From Clostridia bacterium (GTDB lineage Bacteria > Bacillota > Clostridia > Oscillospirales > CAG-272), in assembly GCA_017441005.1 (NCBI GenBank), contig JAFSAM010000044.1:31049-95048 (forward strand): a stretch of 64,000 nucleotides of DNA, in the 5' to 3' direction. Shown here in pieces: positions 9,973 through 16,476 of this stretch; the stretch's first letter is position 1; every line of letters begins with the position of its first letter. A program made the position numbers and the translations under genes. A model generated the notes under the pieces. The model had not been told where the DNA came from. It searched no databases and saw nothing but the letters and a program-made list of their open reading frames with translations.

Positions 9973-11262
9973 TCATTCAATAGTAAAGTCAAAGTTTTCG
10001 ATTTCCCAACCGCCTCTTGCAATTGCCGCTTTAAGACTGAAGTTGTACTTACCTGCAGGGAGCTTGTCTGCGCTAAGGGTGTAGGTCATATCACGAAGGG
10101 TGATCTTGTAGTTGTTCTGAAGATCGTATTTCAATACTTCCTTTACAATATTGCCTTCGGAGTCGGTAATGGTGGCTCTGACGTAGTTGATGGGGAAGGT
10201 GGTTTCGATCGTGCCTTTAAGCATTTTTTTCAAAGATGTTTCGTCATTTCTGTCTGTGACAAGTATGTAAGCATCGTAGACTACAGGGGTTTCTTCGTGG
10301 AAAATATCAAGAGTGAATGGTGTGAAGAGGGTAGATGCCAATTTTTCGAAGGAGTATTTTCTGTCGATAAACCAAGTCGATTCTTGCTTATTATCTGCCC
10401 AAGCACTTGTCTGCTCGATGCAGTAAACGAAGCTTCTGGTGGGTATGATCTTTCCGGCTGCCGTTTTTGCTACCTCGACCTTGCTAACCATACGGGTGTG
10501 ACCCGATGGGGCTACCATTTTGTAGAGGATGTCGCCTCTGCCGAGCGTTGCGTAAGCATCATATATCTTATCTACTCCGTTGAGATCAAAAACAGCTTTG
10601 GAGTCATAGGAGAGATTACCCTCTTCATCGGGAGGAGGGAGTGTAAGTCCTTCTGCAAGGCTAATCAATCCCTGACGGTGATTGTTTTCTTTTAGACCGC
10701 CGTAATAGGGAAGATCAATGATCTGCTGATATGCAAGCCCCATGGATGCAGAACAGTGGTTGCCGATTATTTCCTCGTAAATATCACTGTTCGGTGTAAA
10801 CGTGCCGTCAATTATAAAATCCTCGAAGGTATAGAGGGCGCACTTTGTTTGTGCGTAGGGAACACCGTAATAGGTTTTTCCTTCAATATATTTAAGTTGA
10901 AGTCCCGTCGAGCCGTTCTCCTTGTGGGTAGTCCATGTCTTTCCGGCAACCCATTTTACTTGAGACATTGTATACATGTGGTTGTATACGATCTCGCGAA
11001 GATCGCCTGTCGGAGCATCGAATTTCTTATATGCCGCATACTTTGAAAGATCGGGAGCGTACTTTTCGGGATCTATGGTGTTGACCTTAGGCGGTTCCGA
11101 TTCGGTTGGAGCTTCAGTTCTGACAGAATCCCCCAAAGGATCTACAGTCTCTGCAGTCGATTCGGGCGTGTCATTATCTGAATTCTTATCGGATGATCCG
11201 CATCCGACAAAAACAAACAGACAGAGAGTAAGGCAAAGTAAAAAAGTCAAAAGTTTTTTCAT
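9973..11262 (-). CDS. Family A paralog A9, lipoprotein form
   Basis: 429-aa ORF with AAGGAG upstream. Signal peptide MKKLLTFLLCLTLCLFVFVGC (lipobox), with a linker containing DPLGDSVRTEAP. Motifs: GNHCSASM, PSGHTRMVS, IEQTSAW, KAAIARGGWEIENFDFTIE. Confidence 0.9.
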   Translation of the reverse strand: MKKLLTFLLCLTLCLFVFVGCGSSDKNSDNDTPESTAETVDPLGDSVRTEAPTESEPPKVNTIDPEKYAPDLSKYAAYKKFDAPTGDLREIVYNHMYTMSQVKWVAGKTWTTHKENGSTGLQLKYIEGKTYYGVPYAQTKCALYTFEDFIIDGTFTPNSDIYEEIIGNHCSASMGLAYQQIIDLPYYGGLKENNHRQGLISLAEGLTLPPPDEEGNLSYDSKAVFDLNGVDKIYDAYATLGRGDILYKMVAPSGHTRMVSKVEVAKTAAGKIIPTRSFVYCIEQTSAWADNKQESTWFIDRKYSFEKLASTLFTPFTLDIFHEETPVVYDAYILVTDRNDETSLKKMLKGTIETTFPINYVRATITDSEGNIVKEVLKYDLQNNYKITLRDMTYTLSADKLPAGKYNFSLKAAIARGGWEIENFDFTIE

Positions 11263-11288
11263 TGTCGTTTCTCCTTGGAATAATAATT

Positions 11289-11332
11289 AATATCAAATTG
11301 ATATTTTTAGACATCAAAAATCAATTTTGATG
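11289..11332. promoter_or_regulatory. Pair of AT-rich palindromes (candidate operator sites) upstream of A9
   Basis: 11289..11305 is AATATCAA-A-TTGATATT, perfect 8+8 arms. 11312..11332 is CATCAAAA-ATCAA-TTTTGATG, perfect 8-bp arms. A third related copy, GCAATTTGATC, lies at about 11343..11353. They sit 27-90 nt upstream of the A9 start codon (11262). Confidence 0.4.
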
Positions 11333-11364
11333 CTTAAAAAAAGCAATTTGATCATTTTATACAC

Positions 11365-11387
11365 GGCAGCCGCATTAAGCGGCCGCC
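11365..11387 (-). other. GC-rich hairpin just downstream of the A10 stop. It shares the ACACGGCAG string with the 9920 hairpin.
   Basis: GGCAGCCGC-ATTAA-GCGGCCGCC (9 bp, one A-C mismatch). It is preceded on the plus strand by ACAC, giving ACACGGCAG as at 9921..9929. Confidence 0.5.
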
Positions 11388-11407
11388 AATGCATAAAACA
11401 TAAATTC

Positions 11408-12706
11408 TTATTCTACTGTAAACTCAATTGTCTCGATGTCCCAAGTGCCTCTTGCAATACCTGCTTTGAGGTTGAAGGTATAAGTTCCTGTGGGAAGCTT
11501 ATCAGCATTGAGCTGGAATGTCATATCTCTGATGTTGACCTTGTAGTTCTTGGTAAAGTCGTACTTGAATGCTTCGCTTACGATCTTGCCGTCAGCATCG
11601 GTAATAGTTGCTCTTACATAGTTGAGCGGGAAGGTAGACTCGATTGTACCTGCCAACATCTTCTTGATGGTTTCGGGAGTGTTCTTGCCCTTCATCATAA
11701 TGTATGCATCGTAGATCTTGGGGTTTTCTTCGTGGAAGATGCAAAGAGTGAAGGGGGTGAAGTTTGTGCTGTTAAGTGTTTCAAAAGAGTACTTTCTGTC
11801 GATGAACCAAGTGGACTCTTTCTTGTTGTCAGCCCAAGCGTTTGTCTGCTCAAGGCAGTATACATAGCTTCTGCTGGGAACGATCTTACCTGCAACGGTC
11901 TTGTAAACTTCAACCTTGCTTACCATACGGGTGTGACCGGAGCCGTCGATCATTTTATAGAGAATGTCGCCCTTATCGAGAGAAGCATAAGCTTCGTAAA
12001 GCTTATCAACGCCGTTGTGTGCGGTAACAGTCTCGGAGATCCAGTCGTCGGGGTTGTTTTCTGTTCTTGAAGGAGGAATTTCGAGGGGGGCAGCAAGCTT
12101 GATCAAGCCACGGCGTGCGCTATTTTCTTTAAGACCGCCGGAATAGGGTAAGTCGATGATCTGCTGATAAGCAAGACCCATGGAAGAAGAGCAGTGGTTT
12201 CCGATGAGCTCTTCATAGTATTCGCTGTTGGGCGTGAAGGTGCCGTCAATTACAAAGTTTTCGAAAACGGAAAGGCCGCATTTTGTGTTGGAGTAGGGAA
12301 TACCGTAGTAGGTCTTACCTTCTTCGTATGTGATGTTTACACCGAAGTCGCCCTGTACCTTCCAGTGAGTGTTCCAGCCCTTTGTTGCTTTCCATTCGAT
12401 CTGGGACATAGCGTACATATAATCGTAAACTATGTCACGGGGATTACCCTTGGGAGCTTCAAATATTTTTACGTAATCGTATTCCGCAAGTTTTTCAGCT
12501 GTAGGAGTATACTTGCTGTAATCGATATCTGTTTCTACAGGCGCGGGGGGCTCGGTAGCGGGAGCTTCTGTTCTGATAACGCCGCCGCCCAGAGGGTCTT
12601 TCGTCTGTTCGGGAGTTGTTTCTTTTGAACCTCCGTCACTGCTTCCGCAGGATGCCAAAACGACAATGAGCAGAAGGCTCAATGTGAGTAAAAAAACTTT
12701 TTTCAT
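11408..12706 (-). CDS. Family A paralog A10, lipoprotein form
   Basis: 432-aa ORF. Signal peptide MKKVFLLTLSLLLIVVLASC (lipobox), with a linker containing DPLGGGVIRTEAP. Motifs: GNHCSSSM, GSGHTRMVS, LEQTNAW, KAGIARGTWDIETIEFTVE. Confidence 0.9.
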   Translation of the reverse strand: MKKVFLLTLSLLLIVVLASCGSSDGGSKETTPEQTKDPLGGGVIRTEAPATEPPAPVETDIDYSKYTPTAEKLAEYDYVKIFEAPKGNPRDIVYDYMYAMSQIEWKATKGWNTHWKVQGDFGVNITYEEGKTYYGIPYSNTKCGLSVFENFVIDGTFTPNSEYYEELIGNHCSSSMGLAYQQIIDLPYSGGLKENSARRGLIKLAAPLEIPPSRTENNPDDWISETVTAHNGVDKLYEAYASLDKGDILYKMIDGSGHTRMVSKVEVYKTVAGKIVPSRSYVYCLEQTNAWADNKKESTWFIDRKYSFETLNSTNFTPFTLCIFHEENPKIYDAYIMMKGKNTPETIKKMLAGTIESTFPLNYVRATITDADGKIVSEAFKYDFTKNYKVNIRDMTFQLNADKLPTGTYTFNLKAGIARGTWDIETIEFTVE

Positions 12707-12730
12707 TTTTTAAGATATCCTTTCGTTTAA

Positions 12731-14014
12731 TCAGTCAATGGTAAATTTAACGGTTTCAATATCAACACCGCCGCGGGCAATACCTGCACGGCAATTGAAC
12801 GTATATTCGCCGGGCTCAAGCTTGTCGAGACCGAGCTTGTAGGTGAAGTTTCTGAGATTGATCTTGAAGGATTTAGTGAGATAATACTCAAGATGTTCTC
12901 CGACGATCTTGCCGTCCTTATCTGTTATAGTGAGTCTTGCGTAAGCGAGAGGGAAGTTGGATTCGATAGTGCCGTTGAGCATCTTCTTGATGGTTTCGGG
13001 AGTGTTCTTACCCTTCATCGCGATGTAAGCATCCTCGATAACGGGGTTTTCTTCATGATAGATCTTAAGTGTAACGGGCATAAAGAAAGTATCATAAAGC
13101 TGAGAGAATGTGTACTTTCTGTCTATGAACCATGTGGATTCCTTCTTGCTGTCAGCCCAAGCGTTTGTCTGTTCAAGACAGTAAACGTAGCTTCTTGCGG
13201 GAATGATCTTACCGGCAACGGATCTGCTAACTTCTACCTTGCTTACCATACGTGTGTGGCCGGAGCCGTCGATGCTCTTGTAGAGAATATCGCCTTTGTC
13301 AAGCTTTGTGTATGCTTCAAAAACAGCTTCCTGACCGTTGTGCGAGAAAACCGTGGCAGATATCCAGTCATCGGGGTTGTTGGGGTTTCTTGAAGGGGGA
13401 ACTTCAAGAGGCTCGGGGAACATGAGATATTCTGTTCTTGTAGTAACGGGTTTAAGGCTTCCCGAGTAAGTCAAGGGAATTATCTGCTGGAACGACATAA
13501 CCATAGAAGAAGAGCAGTGGTTACCTACTATTTCTTCATAGTAAGGACTGGGGGTGGGGGTAAATCTCTTGTTTGCGGGCAAAAACAATTCAAACTCCTC
13601 AAGGGTTGCGTTTGTTCTTGCGTAAGGAACACCGTAGTAGGTCTTACCTTTTTCGTAGGAAAGATTAACGCCGAAGTCGCCTTCACCTTTCCAGGTTGTT
13701 GTCCAGGATTCAGCTGCAGTCCACTTGATCTGTGACATTGCATACATGTAGTCATAAACTATGTCACGGGGATTGCCTTCGGGAGCCTTGAAATCAAAGA
13801 AGTAGTCATAATCTTCTCTTTTTACAGGTTCAGCTTCAGGCTTAGTGGCAGCGGGAGTTTCCGCTTCGGTTTTGGGACCTTCTGTTCTGACGGAGGGACC
13901 CAAGGCATTAACTGTCTCTGTTGCTTCGACTTTGTCTTCTTCGGATGAGCCGCAAGCAACCAAAACGGATGCCGCAACGATCAGACTGAGGACAAGAAAA
14001 ATAAGTTTTTTCAT
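12731..14014 (-). CDS. Family A paralog A11, lipoprotein form
   Basis: Track ORF is 12731..14077. I prefer ATG 14014 (MKKLIFLVLSLIVAASVLVAC, lipobox) because GAAAGGA lies about 8 nt upstream. The 21-aa extension (MTSKFNYRKTKNFYKPRKEKT) would overlap the A12 stop. Linker contains ALGPSVRTEGP. Motifs: GNHCSSSM, GSGHTRMVS, LEQTNAW, RAGIARGGVDIETVKFTID. Confidence 0.88.
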   Translation of the reverse strand: MKKLIFLVLSLIVAASVLVACGSSEEDKVEATETVNALGPSVRTEGPKTEAETPAATKPEAEPVKREDYDYFFDFKAPEGNPRDIVYDYMYAMSQIKWTAAESWTTTWKGEGDFGVNLSYEKGKTYYGVPYARTNATLEEFELFLPANKRFTPTPSPYYEEIVGNHCSSSMVMSFQQIIPLTYSGSLKPVTTRTEYLMFPEPLEVPPSRNPNNPDDWISATVFSHNGQEAVFEAYTKLDKGDILYKSIDGSGHTRMVSKVEVSRSVAGKIIPARSYVYCLEQTNAWADSKKESTWFIDRKYTFSQLYDTFFMPVTLKIYHEENPVIEDAYIAMKGKNTPETIKKMLNGTIESNFPLAYARLTITDKDGKIVGEHLEYYLTKSFKINLRNFTYKLGLDKLEPGEYTFNCRAGIARGGVDIETVKFTID

Positions 14015-14060
14015 GGTTTTTTCCTTTCGTGGTTTATAAAAATTTTTTGTTTTTCGGTAA

Positions 14061-15128
14061 TTAAATTTTGAAGTCAAAAGCTTCGATCTCAGTACCGCCC
14101 CTACCGATTCCGGCGCGCAGAGTATAGGTGTAATCGCCTTCGGGCAGGGTGTCCGTTTTTAATTCGGCAAAGAATTCGGATAGATCGATTCTGTACTGTT
14201 TTGCAAACTTGTATTTATAGATCTCGCCGACTGTGTTTCCGTTGCTGTCGGTAACTGTCGCTCTGACGTATGCAAGAGGAAAGTTTGATGTGACTTTTCC
14301 GTTGATACCCGATTTGATCGAATCGCCGTTATTTTTTCCGTCAAATGCTATGTAAGCATCCTTGAGTTGTTCTTTTGTGTGGAATATGTCGAGTGTCAGC
14401 GGCATAAACTTCGTGTTCCAAAGCTTTTGGAAGGAGTATGGGCGGTCGATCCACCATGTCGTCTTTCTGTCTGTTCTTGTTTTGTCGAACTCGTTTGTTT
14501 GTTCAATGCAGTATACGATGCTGTTTTCGGGATCGATCCTGCCGTTTTCGTCTCTGACGACCTTTATACTTCTTACCATACGTGCATGTCCCGTGCCCGG
14601 CTTGATCTTGTTGATAATGTCGCCCTTGTCGGCTGAAGCATAAGCTTCAAAGAGTGCCTCCTGTCCGTTCAGGTCGAATATGTCCTGAGTAAAATATTCG
14701 TCTCCGTCGGGCTTTTTTAAGCCGTTTACAAAAGAGAGGATCCCGTTTCTTGCGGTACCCGGCTTCAGCCTTCCCTCGAAGGGAAAATCGATAAGCTGCT
14801 GATATGCAAGTCCGATCGATGAGGAGCAATGGTTTCCGACCATTTCTTCGTAGTAGTAATTCGGGGATGTGAACGTGTCGCCGTCTTTTGCAAACATATT
14901 GAACTGATCGAGCGATGCTCTTGCCTGCGAGTAGGGAACGCCGTAAACGGTCTCACCTTTTTTGAATGAAAGATCGACCTTAAAATCGCCTTTCTTTTTC
15001 CAGGTTATTTCAAAATCCTCGCCTGCGATCCACCTTGTGTTTGCCATAGCCATCATATAATCCATGACTATCGTGCGGTAGTCGCCCTCGGGGGCTTTAA
15101 ATTCTTTATAGAAAGTATATTCACTCAT
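14061..15128 (-). CDS. Family A paralog A12, signal-less form
   Basis: 355-aa ORF with GAGGAA upstream, starting only 11 nt after the A13 stop. N-terminus MSEYTFYKEFKAPEGDYRTIVMDYMMAMANTRWIAGEDF. Motifs: GNHCSSSI, GTGHARMVR, IEQTNEF, RAGIGRGGTEIEAFDFKI. Closest to the lipoprotein A13. Confidence 0.88.
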   Translation of the reverse strand: MSEYTFYKEFKAPEGDYRTIVMDYMMAMANTRWIAGEDFEITWKKKGDFKVDLSFKKGETVYGVPYSQARASLDQFNMFAKDGDTFTSPNYYYEEMVGNHCSSSIGLAYQQLIDFPFEGRLKPGTARNGILSFVNGLKKPDGDEYFTQDIFDLNGQEALFEAYASADKGDIINKIKPGTGHARMVRSIKVVRDENGRIDPENSIVYCIEQTNEFDKTRTDRKTTWWIDRPYSFQKLWNTKFMPLTLDIFHTKEQLKDAYIAFDGKNNGDSIKSGINGKVTSNFPLAYVRATVTDSNGNTVGEIYKYKFAKQYRIDLSEFFAELKTDTLPEGDYTYTLRAGIGRGGTEIEAFDFKI

Positions 15129-15139
15129 ATTTGTTTTCC

Positions 15140-16372
15140 TCAGCCTATGGTGAATTGGAAGCTTTCTATCTCGGTACCGCCTCTTGCGATTCCCGCGTGC
15201 AGACTGTAGGTGTATGTGCCCGGCTCGAGCTTGCTTATGTTAAGTGAAGAATAGTCTGTTCTTAGGTTTACCTTGTAAGATTTATCAAACTTTCGGCGGT
15301 AGATCTCACCGACTATATTACCGTCAGAGTCAGTGATGGTTGCTCTTACATAAGAAATGGGGAAGTTTGACGTGACAGTGCCGTTTATCGTCTTCAAAAT
15401 GGACTCGGGAGTGTTTTTATCATCGAATGCGATGTAGGCGTTTTCAAGCTGTTCGCCGTTGTGGAATATTTCAAGTGTAAGTGGAATGAACTTTGTGTCG
15501 AGCAATTCTTGGAAGGTGTATGAATGCTCGATCCACCAGGTTGTGTTTCTGTCTTTGGTTGTCTTATCGAATGCATTTGTCTGCTCAATGGTGTAAACCA
15601 AAGATCTTGCAGGAATAATTTTGCCTGCAGCCGTTTTGTATATTTCAACGTGGCTGACCATACGTGAGTGACCGGAGGTCTTGACGAATTTGCCGAGGAT
15701 ATCCCCCTTACCCATTTTTGCGTATGCTTCGAATATTTTTTCTTTTCCGTTAAGGTTGATAACATCCTCGGAGTACCAGTCCTTTGTAGTTTCGCCTGCA
15801 GGCTGTTCAAGACCGTCTATAAGCTTGATGACTCCGCGTCTTTCGCCTACGGGCTTAAGGCTGCCTGCATAGGGGAAGTCGATGAGCTGCTGATATGCAA
15901 GTCCCATCGAGGATGAGCAATGATTTCCGATAATCTCTTCGTAGTAGTATGTGTCAGAGGTGAACGTGCCGCCTTCTGCAACGAACTGAGAAAACTGCTC
16001 GAGACTTGCTCTTTGCTCGGAATAGGGAAGCCCGTAGTAGGTTTCTCCTTTTTTGAAGTCGAGGTTTACTTTAAAGTCGCCTTCGTCCTTCCAGGCGATC
16101 GAGAAATCCTCGCCGGCGATCCATTTGTAATTTGCCATAGCCAACATATAGTTGTAAGCTATCTCGCGGTAATCTCCCTTTGGGGCTTCGAATATTTTAT
16201 AGAATTCGTAGTCAAGCTCCGGGTGACCTTCTGTTGTTTCAAGTGCGGTGGATTCTTCTGTTGAAGGCTCTTCTGTTTCGGGAGCATCGGGCTTGTTGTC
16301 CGAGCTTCCGCATGATGAAAGAATGAATGCTGCAAACAATGCAACAAGCGCAAGGATGAAAAGTTTTTTCAT
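15140..16372 (-). CDS. Family A paralog A13, lipoprotein form. First gene of the array in the direction of transcription.
   Basis: 410-aa ORF with ACGGAGGAA upstream. Signal peptide MKKLFILALVALFAAFILSSC (lipobox), then a Glu/Thr/Pro linker. Motifs: GNHCSSSM, TSGHSRMVS, IEQTNAF, HAGIARGGTEIESFQFTIG. Confidence 0.9.
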   Translation of the reverse strand: MKKLFILALVALFAAFILSSCGSSDNKPDAPETEEPSTEESTALETTEGHPELDYEFYKIFEAPKGDYREIAYNYMLAMANYKWIAGEDFSIAWKDEGDFKVNLDFKKGETYYGLPYSEQRASLEQFSQFVAEGGTFTSDTYYYEEIIGNHCSSSMGLAYQQLIDFPYAGSLKPVGERRGVIKLIDGLEQPAGETTKDWYSEDVINLNGKEKIFEAYAKMGKGDILGKFVKTSGHSRMVSHVEIYKTAAGKIIPARSLVYTIEQTNAFDKTTKDRNTTWWIEHSYTFQELLDTKFIPLTLEIFHNGEQLENAYIAFDDKNTPESILKTINGTVTSNFPISYVRATITDSDGNIVGEIYRRKFDKSYKVNLRTDYSSLNISKLEPGTYTYSLHAGIARGGTEIESFQFTIG

Positions 16373-16432
16373 AGGGGGTTCCTCCGTAAAAATGAGATTA
16401 ACTTGGGAGGGAAGGTGAATGAATTAAACCTT

Positions 16433-16462
16433 GAATAAAAACGTGCACTTTCCCAAGTGTAC
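16433..16462 (-). promoter_or_regulatory. Terminator-like hairpin plus U-run inside the 5' leader of A13 (possible attenuator)
   Basis: mRNA sense reads GUACACUU-GGGA-AAGUGCAC followed by GUUUUUAUUC. There is no upstream co-directional gene for it to terminate. Downstream, UUCCCUCCCAAGU (about 16401..16413) can pair either with ACUUGGGA of this hairpin or with the SD GGAGGAA (16379..16385). Confidence 0.35.
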
Positions 16463-16476
16463 AAATATACATAATA

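Noticed and set aside
12731-14077. N-terminal extensions given by the ORF track for several genes (12731..14077, 441..1562, 27979..29151, 29165..30292, 39068..42520, 53014..53712, 54458..55432, 18335..19471, 16667..17452)
   Set aside because: In each case an internal ATG is preceded by a good SD at 7-10 nt and matches paralog or ortholog N-termini. The extension overlaps the upstream gene, terminator or SD, or encodes implausible AT-rich sequence.
459-16264. Many 60-365-aa plus-strand ORFs inside the Family A array (for example 1221..2225, 2226..2867, 2864..3694, 5750..6847, 11327..12070)
   Set aside because: All are antisense shadows of the minus-strand paralogs. They recur at equivalent positions because the sense genes are homologous. 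They lack SD sites and have Val/Cys/Phe-rich nonsense composition.
1-16372. Whether the periodic 1.1-1.3-kb repetition could be a CRISPR array, satellite or mobile-element array
   Set aside because: The repeat unit is a full-length intact protein-coding gene with its own SD. Copies are diverged mainly at the protein-neutral level. There are no short direct repeats with spacers, no cas genes, and no transposase, integrase or inverted terminal repeats.
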